DNA of 64,000 bases. It comes from Lama guanicoe (lineage: Eukaryota). The notes beneath the pieces are model-generated. The model did not search any database, was not told where the DNA came from, and was given only the letters and a program-made list of their open reading frames with translations. The stretch covers positions 1,011,058 through 1,075,057 of the forward strand of contig MU053487.1 in assembly GCA_013239625.1 (NCBI GenBank), given 5' to 3'. The position numbers were made by a program, and so were the translations under genes. Positions 52,332 to 64,000 of this stretch are shown in pieces; position 1 is the stretch's first letter; each line of letters begins with the position of its first letter.

Positions 52332-52407
52332 GGTATATACATAATTATATGTGGTAAGTACAATATTATATATGGTATATACATTATTATATATGGTAAG
52401 TACAATA
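52332..52407. repeat. 34-bp direct duplication with 8-bp spacer
   Basis: 52332-52365 vs 52374-52407, 32/34 identical. Confidence 0.9.
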
Positions 52408-53574
52408 AGAAAGAACCAAATATAAAATTATTTGACTAAGAGATTAATTTGGTTTGTGGAAAACAGAAATACAAAGTTAAAATTATATAGTATTAGCTGT
52501 AACATTTTGAATTGACATTTCTTCTTGAAATCTCTGACTCATGGACCTGTTTATTCTGGCTTTATGAAAAAAAAATCACCATATGTTTATCTGTAGTTCA
52601 GAATATATACCATTTCCTCTAGAGCACTGCCCTGAAATTGTAAGGTGTTATTTCCCAGCTGGTGTTGCAACTGACTTTTCAGTAGGTCGTATTCTATGAG
52701 GCAAGCTGTTTCTGGAAGATGGGGTGCATGCAATTAAATTAAATCCCCATAGGCATCAGTTGTATTTTCTATTTATTTCATTATGTTTTGGATTGGAAGC
52801 ATCAATGTGCATAATACTGAGTTAGTGTTATAAGACTTTTGAATGATGCTGGCAGAAGCATGTTTAGCGGGTAAAGAAAGCTTGAATCCAATGTAAGTGT
52901 TATTTAAGCGTGAGGGCAAATTACTAGCTCTTCTGTGATTGAAGGAATCCAATGTAATCACCTTGCCACTGGGAGACTGGCTGGTCTTCTCAAGGTATGG
53001 TACCATGTTTGGAATTCCTAGTGGTCACTGCTGTGAATGAATTAATAGTGAATCTCTCAACCAAAAATCATATCCAGATAAGCACTGGGAAAAGATGACT
53101 TTTTTTTTTTCAAAGCTTATGTGTAATCACCTTCTCTGCCACTGTGGCCACAGTTTTAGAACCTCAGTGGGGACTTTGGGCCGATTGACAGACTTGGTCA
53201 ATTAAAAAACTCATAGTAGGCCTTCTTGTTAATTAAGCGCCTATTCTGCAGTGGGATCTTGAGGCCAGTTTACAAGTGGTACATTAACATATATTTTCCC
53301 CAAATCTCCTTACTGGCAGTCTTCTAACCTTTATCCTTCCAAGGAAGGGACCCTGTGTTCACAGAGCCATGTGGACCATTTTACTTCAGCATATCTCCTC
53401 ACATTGTCATCCTTATATTTCTGCCTCCTAGGAATATTTCTCTTTCCTAAATTCTTTTCCATCCAGTCCACCTCTGAGTGTGGTTATAATGCCATAGTTA
53501 TCCACTTTTACCTGGTATTAGCCTATCCTATAGAACTTTCCACAAATTAATCTTTCCCTCTTAAATATTTATGG

Positions 53575-53794
53575 AAGGGTTTCTCAATTTCAGCATTATC
53601 GGTATTTTAGGTTGGATAATTCTTTGTTGTGGGTGAAGTGTTGCTGTATATTGTGGGATGTTTAGCAGCATCCCTGAGTTCTACTCACTAGATGCCCACA
53701 GAACACTTTTCCCCAAGTTGTGACAGCCAGAGATGTCACCAGACATGGCCAAATGTTCTTGGAGGACACAATTACCCACAGTTGAAAACCACTG
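53575..53794 (-). mobile_element. MER20 hAT-Charlie DNA transposon
   Basis: Termini agggtttctcaa / ttgaaaaccactg; internal ggataattctttgttgtggg, gatgtttagcagcatccctg, ctagatgcc. Confidence 0.9.
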
Positions 53795-53799
53795 AGGTG

Positions 53800-53912
53800 A
53801 GGCGACAATGTAAAGTTATTTGACTGTAACAGTCCCATTTTAGGTCTGTTGTCCTGGCCTACATTTTAGCTCAAATATGTTCCTGTTTACATGATAAATT
53901 ACAGTTGCTCTA
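53800..53912 (-). mobile_element. MER94-like hAT-Blackjack relic
   Basis: acagtccc...ctgttgtcctggc...tgataaatta resemble the reverse complement of recalled MER94. Confidence 0.5.
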
Positions 53913-56900
53913 GTCATAAGAGACTCCCCATGAGATCAAAAGTGTGGGTTGACAGAGGGGTGGCTGTGTGCCAAGAGAAGACAGGCTGCGTGTGTGAGCC
54001 ATCTGCTCATGCAACTTCCTAGTGCTTCAGGAACTCCTTGAGTCTGGTCCCATATATACCTTTTCTGTCTGATGAAGGTGTGCTGTCAGGCTCATCTGAC
54101 TTCATGGCTTGGACTTTTTAGATCATATACAGTCCATGATGTCTACCTCCCTTTGAACAGACACCTGGATAAGCATTAACCAGGATATAACGTGAGGCAA
54201 GAGCATTTTCCAAAATAATAATTACTTTGGAAAGAATGTACAGGGGTTTTAATCCATAAAATCCTAAGAAATGTGGCTTTCCCATTAGGGTTGTCACAGA
54301 CTTCAGACTGCATCCCCTTCTACTACAGATTTCAAGCATCATGGATTCCGCTGAGTTGTGAGCCAGGTTGCTTTGCACTGCAACTTGGACCAGCTGGAAG
54401 CTTCTTCCTCTTGAACTCACTCAAAGCTGAAAATGTTTTTAATAACCAGTAAATAGATTAGAAAAGCACAACCCAATATGGTATATATTGCCTGTAAAAT
54501 CCCCAAAGACTATTTTTCCTCCTTAGTGAAAAACAGGAAATGTAAGATTCAGGGTTCTTTCACCTAAGAAAGCATATGCTGGCATTCTCCAGATCACTGG
54601 ATCCCCAGAAATTAAAAGTATTCCATGTCTGTAAGGGGTTTATCCTCTCAGCACTATTGTGCAAGTATTTCCAAGGCATTGGCTGTAGTTGCTATTTTTA
54701 TCTTCCTAGTCTCACTAACAGGATGAACCAGCATGATATATTCTGGAATTGTTATAAAGATCATGGTCCCTGAAAATTAAATTGTAAAACCGATACAGAA
54801 TATTGAAATAATTTTAAGTCTGAAGGGTAAAGTTGTATAGCTGTCTCTGCTAGATAACAGCAGTGGAGCCTGGTGTCTCTTCTTTTGGGAATAAGAATAC
54901 ATAATTGATTAGATTAATAGCAGCGTACTGTCTGCTGCAGAATATTTCTTCCAGTAAGCAGACTTTATCTAGCAAACCAGCTGTAAAAGGAGTTTTACCT
55001 AATTAAACATATGACCATTAGTTGTCACCCTCAAGGACTCATCCATCTTCTGTACTAACCAAATTGGTGAGTCAAATGGCAAGATGAGAAGAATCAACAT
55101 TCTAAATCTCTCAAATCTTAAATGGTGGTACCTTCTTCTGAGATTTCCCCAGGGAGACCATTATATTTTTGGTTCAGTGTTTTGGTACAGAAATGGAGTT
55201 CTAGAACATTTCATTCACCTTCCTACCAAAACAGACCTTACTCCATGGGTCAGATTACAATTGTGATTATGCCAATTGCTTAAGGATATCTAGTCTAAAA
55301 TGTTCTTCAGAACCAAGGAAATACACATGATATAGTTGAAGAACCAGCTGGGACTACTATAAGGTAGACTCAGGTCACAGTCTGTTTCATACTTGACTTC
55401 TGTAAAGCTCTCATCATTTCCTGTGAATCATTCTGACGTTCTAGGTCCCTTGGGGTAGGCTTTGATTTAAATTGAACTTCCCAAAACCCCCACATCTGGG
55501 TAAAACTCTTTAGTTAATGCTTACTTAGCCTGGCTAATGGCTGTAAGGTCCTTTGGGGAACTCAAAGAGGAAGATCATGATCAGTACTTATTGTGTTACT
55601 GCGGAGTCCTCCCTCCCTCAAGGATGCCTCACTTTTTCTTAGTCCAAAGAGGTCAGAATCTGGGGAGTTAACTCAAGTATAAAGGAGTCCTATCATGATG
55701 GCTTAAGTTTTGCTTCTGTTAGACACAGAATTTTGGAGGTTATAAGTCTCAAGCAGAACCTCAGCAGGCTACCAATCCCTTCCTGGCATACAGAACACCA
55801 TTATCAATGAGCAATAGCCATGCATTCCTGGGGTTCAGACCAGTGTCATCATCACCTTACCCTACTGCTATTTATTATAGCCATGTACAGTTTTTGTCTC
55901 AGGCAGTTATGCCTTGCTAAATGGTTAGAGCATCCTCCAGCCCTGTTGAAAGGCTAATTTCAAACTCAGCATCTCTTACCAGTAACTCCAGGAATTATCA
56001 GTAGCAGTGCTGGTTTCCTCTCTTCGAGTTTCTTGAGTACTTGATGAAGGGAGTTTCTTCTGATCCCTTTTGTAGGATTTTTGTAGGATGTGTTTAGGAA
56101 TAAGTAGACAGTTTGTATAAAATCCAAACTCCAACATTTCTGTCTCCCAAAGTCTTTTTGATAACTAAATGTCAATTTTAATTAAAGTTGTATGTATAAA
56201 TTTTTAATATCCAAGTAGTATGAAAATGCTTATGACAAAAACTAGCTGTTCTTTTGTTCTTTGTCTCACCCTCCCTACCCTTTAGTCCTTCTCTTATTAG
56301 GATCGGGTAATCTTTTCAGGTTGGTGAAGCAGGGCTGGGAGGGAAGTAATGGAGGCAAAGCACAGGAATACACTGCTTAGCGAGCCATGCTGGGGCAGTT
56401 GCTCCTAGAGTCACATCACCGCTGCTGAAAGCACCACGGGAGATACAGCCACAGACTGTGCTCACTGCTGAGCTCTGCTGGAAAGGGAAATTGCTGCTTC
56501 ACTATTTGACTTTCAACTATATATGGCAGTCTAGGTGACTAGTCTCTGACTGACCCTGTGCTTTGACATCCTACCCCAGAAATTCAGGTCCACAGATCAG
56601 AGCTTCTGATAGACCAGGTTTAGGATATATGTCTACCCTTCCTGTGTTAGGTGATGGTGAAATGTATGGCTGTATTTTCTGGAACTTACAACATAGATGG
56701 AAGGATCCTACCTTCAACTTATCTTGGGATACTAGGTGGGGAGCAAAAATGATACATATTCACAGTAAAAGTATTACCACCTTCCTTTTCTTTTTCCCCA
56801 GTTTTCCCTCTGGTTAAGTGGAAATGTGAAAAATAAGTAATAAGATTTGATGGCTGTTAAGCACTCTTCCTTGTGCTGATGAATTAGTGTAAGCTCTGAG

Positions 56901-57799
56901 AAGGTGTAGAGTCTTTACTCCTCCAGCCCAGGTCAGGCTGTGATCTCAGATTGGGTAGGATGGATTTTGGCTGGTGTTTGGACACAGTTATATACTTCCT
57001 GCCTGGAAAAACTTGACAGTACTGACTGCAAACTTACACCTGGAGAGGACATGGTTTCCTTTTAGTTATGCACGTCATCTAAATAAAGGTGACTGGCCAG
57101 TGTAGGTCTGGAACCATGGCCATGAACCTCCCACGTAGGATTTGAACACGTTATTGGCCATAAATCACTGTGCTCTTACCAAATAATCTAGATACCCTTC
57201 TTGCTCTAAACCCAGGAAGGTAATGGCATGTGTGTTAGCTTTGTCTCCTGGCTCCTTTTATACTCACCACTGAGGCATATAAAGAAACAGAAACAGACTT
57301 AGAGCGTCTAAGGGCTTTTTGGCTTTGAACATTTTTTATTTTCTAATTGAATTAGAGTAAAAACAGTAGTTAAAATATACCCTTGGCTGTTGTCATGAAA
57401 ATCACAATAACAAATTAGCCTAAAATAGCGGATTTTCTGTGGTTTCCAAGGATACCACCACCATTAGAATTGTTGTCTGCCAATCAAATTTTTTTTCTTT
57501 TTTTAATTTTCAAGAGACTTTAAAACAAAACTACGGAAGGGGAAGGGCTGGGGAAAAGTTTTTCTTGCTAAATAAATGTTAGAAGAAAAGGGGGGGATAT
57601 TTCTGAAGCACATTGTGTTGATGCTTTTCAGATCAATTTAGGAAAATGGTTGAACTGATTCTTCCCTCAAAAGTGGCTTTATGCAATACAGAAGCTCTTG
57701 GGTTACATAACTGTTTTAAAGAGTTAGAGTGGCCAAGTCCTCTAACTCATAGGACCATAAAACCTTTGTGCTGCCCTGCCTGATTTTAGGTTTCATTTA

Positions 57800-58360
57800 T
57801 TGAGTGCTCTGCTAACAATTTCTTATTAACTCCTCATAACCACCTTATGAGGTTATATGCTAGACACTTGTTATCTGGCCCACTAAACACCCATTCCACA
57901 TTTTCTGGGCAATTGTTCCTGACTTCCTTTTAGGAAATTACCTTTTCTCCACTCTTCTACTATCCAGTTAGACAGAAGTTTAAGATGCCCTAGCCGTGGT
58001 GAGAATCTATACCAAATCGGGCCATTCACAGTTAATCTTGGGTAGATAAATCTTAAGCTGAGCTTTAAAAATTACTGAAAATTGTTAGAACTTATTTGTT
58101 CTGTGGAAGTTCTCTATGAGGCTATAGTGTCCCTGCTAACTTGTCCACAATGTTATATTTCCTGTGCTCCTTTGTTCATTCGGTAAATTACTAATATCCT
58201 TCTAACAAGTGTCTGTTTTTGCTTACATTAGCCAGAACTAAAAATAATGCCCAGTGCTATTATTCTCATTTTAATTTGAGAAAACTGAAGCTCAATTAAA
58301 TTAAATCCTTTGTCCAAGGCTAGTCAATTAAGATGGAGTCTGTATTCAAACTCACATTTG
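57800..58360 (-). mobile_element. MIR split by an old LTR-like insertion (~57865-58240)
   Basis: MIR halves tcctcataaccaccttatgagg and tattctcattttaatttgagaaaactgaagctc...tgtccaagg; the insert ends ttttgcttacattagccaga, as in old ERVL-type LTRs. Confidence 0.5.
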
Positions 58361-59449
58361 CTTTCCACCCCCAACTATTTCCTTTTATGTGAATTAATAA
58401 ATTGTATCACTGGCTAAATCCCAAGTCAAGGATTTTCCTTCCAACAGTAGAATCAAGGGTGACTCCTTGGGAGAAAAATTTCATTGTTCACACTTATTTT
58501 TCGATGTGTTGAGTTTTTGCACATATTTAATGATTTTTCTCTGCCTATTCTTTTCATCTGAGTGAGGGGGATGACAATAACTGTCTCCGATCCGAAACAC
58601 CAGGATCCAGTACAGTTTCTTTCAGACTGTGGAAGTATCTCTGTTTCCCTTCTCTTCCCTTCTTTTTCCTTTATTTCTTCTAGAGTCCTTGGCTGTGAGC
58701 ATCAGAATAGAAGAAAGAAATAGGGATGTTTAAAATGAAGAATACTGGAAAGAGCATTGGTTTAAGAACCGGCAGAAGTAGGTCTAAATTCTAGTTCCAC
58801 TAATTTCTAGCTTGTTATTGGGGGCAACCACTTTATAGTTATAAGAAGTTTAAATTCATTATAAGTTTTTGTGGCTGACTTAGAGATCCAAGACCATACC
58901 TGCATTTGGAGGGAGGTGGCTCAACTGTCTAACGGCTTTTTTGAAAAGGCAGCTGTCACTGCCTTTTCAAATGCCCTCTGTTACTTGGAAGAAGCCAAAT
59001 TCAAAGCATGGCCACTTCCCTGCACATATAGATCCGCCTCAGGCAGTCGGGGAGCAGACTGCGAATACTCTTGAGCTTTCGTGCCGGGTGCATCTTGGTG
59101 CCCAGATTAGAGGCTTCGAAGAACTCTGAACTTGGCCCCTCAACCACTTGCCCTGTGGTTCTGGGATGGCAGAGCCAGGAGTGTTATGAGGCCTCCTTGG
59201 GGTCCCTTCCCACCCTCTCTGTGTGCTTTTCTCCATGGTGGGTGAGTGGCAGCTGATAGGAATATTCCCTTCTGCTTTTCTTGCTGAAATTCATTTAAGC
59301 TTCAGGTGAGTAGTTAACACCTTTCACTAGCTCTGTAGTAATACAGCATAGATTGAGTTTGTTTCAGTGGGGTTTTGGGAGCTGTGAGTTAAAGATTTGG
59401 GTTTAGGTCACTTGCATGGATGATATGCCTCTTAATCCAGAGTTACAGA

Positions 59450-61000
59450 TTGTGGTTTGTTCTATTACTCCATCTAAAAATTTATTTTCTTTAACGTTAA
59501 GTCAACCTCAACATCATCTATTTTCTTTATTTTTTTCTGAAATTTAAAAGTGTATATTTGCATTTTATTTTGTAGTCCTTTGGTTTATTCTTAATTCTCT
59601 ATACAGATAAATGCATTCAGTGTTCACCGTCAGTCATCTTGCTGAAGATTTTCTAATGATCTAGCACATTCCTCAAAATAGCACATGAGTACAATATTTC
59701 CTGAGACTTTGCAAGGCCACATTGCCTGTAGCTGTTACTACTTGGCAGAAGATAGAATTCTTGGCTCACACTTTCTTTCCTTTAGCTAATGGTGTTCCTC
59801 TAGTATCCCTTTAATGTCTGATAGTTAACCCAAGTTTATTTCTCGAAGAATGATGTGATCTTTGTACCTCTGTGATCAAAGGATTCTTTCTTCATCTTTC
59901 AAGTTCAATACATCTGAATTATTTTTGTGTTGACTTTTGGGGCATCAGTTTTCTTTAGAATATAATATATTCTTGCAATATGTAGATTACAGTTTCTCTT
60001 TACTTTAGGAGAGTTTCTTAATTTAAATTTTATGAAACTTCGCAATTTGCAACAACATAGCAACATTGATGAACTTGGAGACTATTATGCCAAGTGGAAT
60101 AAGTCAGACAGAGAAGAAATACTGTAAGATATCACTTATATGTGGAATCTAAAAAAGACACCAAACTAGTGAATATAACAAAATAGAAGCAGACTCAAAG
60201 ATACAAGGAACAGACTAGTGGTTACCAGTGGGGAGAGGGCAGAGGGGAAGAGGCAAGTTAGGGGGAGGATGAAGAGGTACAAACTGTTAGGTATAAAATA
60301 ATCTACAAGGATATATTGTACAACACAGGGAATATAGCAAATATTTTATAATAACTATAAGTGGAATATAATCTTTAAAAATTGTGAATTGCTATATTAT
60401 ATACCTGTAACATAATTTTGTAAGTCAACTATACCTCAGTTAAAAAATAAAATAACAAATAAAAACAAACCCCAAAATTAAAAAGAATTTAAATGTTTGC
60501 TCTGTACTTTTGATTTTTTTTCTTCAGGAATCTCAAGTATGTGTGTTGCCTACTTTACATATCACTCTTCTGTCTCTTAACCATTCTCTTTCTTTGAGTC
60601 CTATTCTGTTCCTGCCTCTTGTCTCTGTGTCTTTTAATATGTTTTTTTTGGGGGGGGGCAACTTTATTTTGTTCCATGTTTCCTTTTTCATATAGTTGTC
60701 ATTCTTAAATTCTATTTCTTTTGTTTCCATTTCTTTCCTAAATTAGTATCAGCTTCCATTTCATCTCCTATTTTTGACCAGTCATCACCTCTTTTTATCT
60801 GGTCATTACTTTCAGAAATTTTTATGATTCTGCTCTGTAGTCTCCCTTCATTGCTGAACTTATTCATAAAGTTGATTGTTGTTATTGTTGTTTTTCATGT
60901 TAAAATGTTGGGTTACAATTTTTCTCTGCTTTATAGCGAGAGCTTTCTGCAGAGAAGTTTTCCTGCTTCTTTTCAGATTGTTTCTCTTATGGTATCTTCA
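59450..61000 (-). mobile_element. Old L1 ORF1/inter-ORF relic, split by a younger L1
   Basis: T-rich antisense old-L1 text (atagaattcttggctcacacttctttcc, ttctttcttcatctttcaagttcaata). Confidence 0.5.
60030..60485 (+). mobile_element. 5'-truncated L1 3' UTR
   Basis: atatcacttatatgtggaatctaaaaaa, ctagtggttaccagtgggg, gtacaacacagggaatatagc, A-rich tail; possible TSD aatttaaat (60020-60028 / 60486-60494). Confidence 0.9.
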
Positions 61001-61236
61001 GGTGCATGTTATCCCTTAAAAAAGACTTTCATTGAATTATTAAATGCATTGAACTTCCCTTGCCTAGCTATTATTTTACAGTATATTACCTAAGTGGGAT
61101 GGATTAATCTACCTTTCTTGGTTTCTTAACCAAAATTGTCCCCCCTTTTTTTTTCTTTTTTCTTTTATGTATGACACCTTCTGGTTTAGATCCTAACCTG
61201 GTGTCAAAGAGCTTCTACCACCCATCCTGATTTTCT

Positions 61237-61706
61237 TTCTCTTTTTTTAAATTGAGTTATACTTGATTTACAGTGTTGGGTTAGTTTCTGGTGTACAGCA
61301 TAGTGATTCAGTTATATACATATATATGTATATATGTATTCTTTTTCATATTTTTTTCTTATGGATTATTATAAGGTATTGAGTATACTTCCCTGTGTTA
61401 TACAGTAGGACCTTGTTGTTTATCTGTTTTATGTATAGTAGTTTGTATCTGCTAATCTGAAACTCCTAATTTATCCCTCCCCTCACTTACCCTTTAGTAA
61501 CCATAAATTTGTTTTTTGTGTCTGCAAGTCTGTTTCTGTTTTATAAGTAAGTTCATTTGTCTCAGTTTTTTACTTTCCACATATAAGTTATATATCATGT
61601 GATACTTGTCTTTCTGTCTGACTTCACTTAGTATGATAATCTCTAGGTCCTTCCATGTTGTTGCAAATGGCATTATTTTATTCTTTTAATGGCTGAGTAA
61701 TATTCT

Positions 61707-61751
<45 letters not shown>

Positions 61752-62192
61752 ATATATATATCTTTTTTATCCAGTCATTTGTCAATTGACATTTAGGTTG
61801 CTTCCATGTCTTGGCTATTGTAAATAGTGCTGCTGTGAACATTGGGGTGCATGCTTCTTTTCAAATTGGAATTTTCTCCAGATGCATGCTCAGGGCTGGG
61901 ATTGCTAGATCATACGGTAACTCTATTTTTAGTTTTCTGAGGAGTCTCTAGACTGTTTTCCATAATGGCTGCACCAAATTACACTCCCACCAGCAGTGTA
62001 GGAAGGTTCCCTTTTCTCCACACCCTCTCCAGCATTTATCATTTGTGGACTTTTTGATGATGGCCATTCTGACCAGTGTGAGGTGATACCTCACTATAGT
62101 TTTGACTTGCATTTCTCTGATAATTAGCGATATTGAACATCTTTTCATGTGCCTATTTGCCATCTGTATGTCTTTGGAGAAATATCTGCTTA
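61237..62192 (-). mobile_element. 5'-truncated LINE-1 (ORF2 C-terminus plus 3' UTR) with internal (TG)n
   Basis: Minus ORF reads [25 protein letters not shown]...[21 protein letters not shown] core tgattttct (61228-61236 / 62198-62206); (TG)n 61709-61747. Confidence 0.93.
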
Positions 62193-62774
62193 TGTCGTGA
62201 TTTTCTAAATTCCTTTTACCAGCTGCTGCTGCCAAAGGGTACTCCCATTGCCTTCCAGAGTTTTCTTCTCTCATTTAGAAGGTGGTCACTGCTGAGAACT
62301 ATCACATCTGAGCCTCCTGGAAACTTTCTGTGTCTTCCTTCTCCCCAAATGCTGATGCTTTGTACAGCCTCAATTCAGTTCACAGCAGTTCTCAGACAGG
62401 GTTTGGTCCTCTCTTTCAGGAGATGAATATTACTGAGTGATGTATGGAACCTCCCATGACTAGGGCCTGGCTGGCCTTCCTTTTGTTCCTTTCCACACTT
62501 AATCTAACTTAATGGCCTCTTGTACTGGTTCTCTTGCATTCAAGAGCTTTTGAAGTGCCTGACACATAACTTGGGGTTTGCAGAATTTCTCTATTAACCT
62601 CTCCATCAATTCAGTTTGGAGAAAAACTAAGAAATTGAGAATTAAGCTGCCATCATACTAAATTTTAAAATACCTATTCTCCAAATAGCACCTTGAACTT
62701 TCATTACAGTCAATCCATTGCTAAATATTAAAGCTGTTTTATGAAAGTTTATAATACTTAAGGGAAACATTAGT

Positions 62775-63165
62775 GCTCTCAGAGACAAACCTTGAGATCC
62801 AGACGGCTTAACACAGTAGAAATTTACTTCTTGTTCATGTAAAGTTTGTTGCCATGGGGGAGAGCCAGGGCAGGAGGCTTAGAATCACAGTCATTCAGGG
62901 GTCTGAACTGAGAGAGAGCCTTTGCCATATTTAACACCTGGATTCCAAGATCACCCCAGGCCTTCATGTCCAGTTGGCAGGTAGAGTACGGAGAACGGCT
63001 GGAGGTTCTTGTAGGTGATTTTCATGGGCTAGGTCTGAAAGTGCATATCTGACTTTTACTCATTCCCAGTGGCTGCTTTAAGGCATACAGCCACATCTAA
63101 CTGAAAATGAGATTGAGAAATGGAATCCTGTTTTATGTCCAGGAAGAAAAGGAAATAAATTGAAT
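62775..63165 (-). mobile_element. Old MLT1-type (J/K/L-like) MaLR LTR
   Basis: ggcttaacacagtagaaatttacttctt, agtcattcagggg, cagccacatctaactg, tgtccaggaagaaaagga. Confidence 0.65.
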
Positions 63166-63697
63166 GAAAGCTAACATAACCTGGCATAAATTATCCATCT
63201 CTTCTGCCAGTTTACTAGCTCTGTCAGGGCAGGGCAGGGCTTTTACTCACGTTCATCCCCCACTTAGCCTAGCCTCAAACCTGGGAAATAACTACAGGCT
63301 CAATGAATGTTTTTTGAAATTTAATAGAATTGAACTTTTATTCTGCTACTTCATTTGAATTATTTAAATGTTCTCTAATTTTGGTCATGGACAATACCTT
63401 AAAATTTACCGGGGACTTGCGATGAAAAGGGTTAAAACAACTCCGAGAAGAGATGACATGTTGACAAAGTGAACTGGATATGGAACAAATCCTTCCTTAA
63501 TCTCTATAAACTGTTTCAAAATCCTGCCTCATTTTAACTTGTCATGTAGAAGGACATACATGTTGAGCTAGGTTAGATCAGATTGTTGTCTGTCATCTGA
63601 CATGATTCTGGGCAGCATGACAGAGAGTAAATCCAAGGTGACACTAGTATTGCAACTAGATTTATGCTTGAAAGGACTTTAGACAGATAAAGCAGCC

Positions 63698-63732
63698 TGT
63701 GTGTGTGTATGTGTGTGTGTGTGTGTGTGTGT
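63698..63732. repeat. (TG)n microsatellite, one interruption
   Basis: Read directly from the sequence. Confidence 0.95.
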
Positions 63733-64000
63733 ATTAAAGAAACTGCCTATTAATATCTCTGATCATTACTTTTTTGTTGTGGTGGTGGTAGTATCCTCTA
63801 AAATGGTGTGGCATGCCACACAATGTGTCATTATTTTTAATGATATGCATAATCTCACCATTTAAAATAGGCCCAGCTTTGGGCAACTTCAGTGTGATGA
63901 TCTCTTCCTGGGATATAAATTACCAGGTGACAGAGAATTCTTGAATTTTGAAGGAGCCAAGAAGTCATCTAGTTGAACTTCCTTAATTAAGAAATCAGGA

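Noticed and set aside
1..64000. Inferring host-gene direction from L1 orientation bias
   Set aside because: Younger L1 copies are split roughly evenly between strands, so no direction can be inferred.
1..64000. Remaining short ORFs in the supplied track, and any prokaryote-type system (operon, defence island, CRISPR)
   Set aside because: The ORFs are short, often non-ATG, and fall in repeats or microsatellites or have no recognisable motifs; the DNA is mammalian and non-coding.

Overview
Mammalian, AT-rich, CpG-poor non-coding DNA (a long intron or intergenic region). It is probably from a camelid: there is a short tRNA-derived SINE of the camelid Vic-1 type and artiodactyl-style L1 3' ends, and I see no Alu, Bov-tA/BovA2 or PRE1 elements. 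I can support no host protein-coding exon, RNA gene, CpG island or CRISPR array. The only recognisable protein sequences are LINE-1 ORF2 fragments. Much of the window is interspersed repeats: young and old L1, L2, MIR, ERVL/MaLR/ERV1 solo LTRs, and hAT DNA transposons of MER5/MER20/MER63/MER94 type. Repeat family names come from my recall of consensus sequences, not from a search, and the boundaries of old elements are approximate. I did not find a new biological system. The observations most worth checking are: two 5'-inverted L1 insertions, one of which appears to join the 3' UTR to a 46-bp inverted piece from much further upstream in L1; a clean template-switch scar (perfect 17-bp inverted plus 18-bp direct repeat) with a second templated duplication nearby; AG|GT recursive-splice or microexon-like motifs; an inverted pair of same-family LTRs; and several enhancer-like motif clusters in repeat-free DNA.
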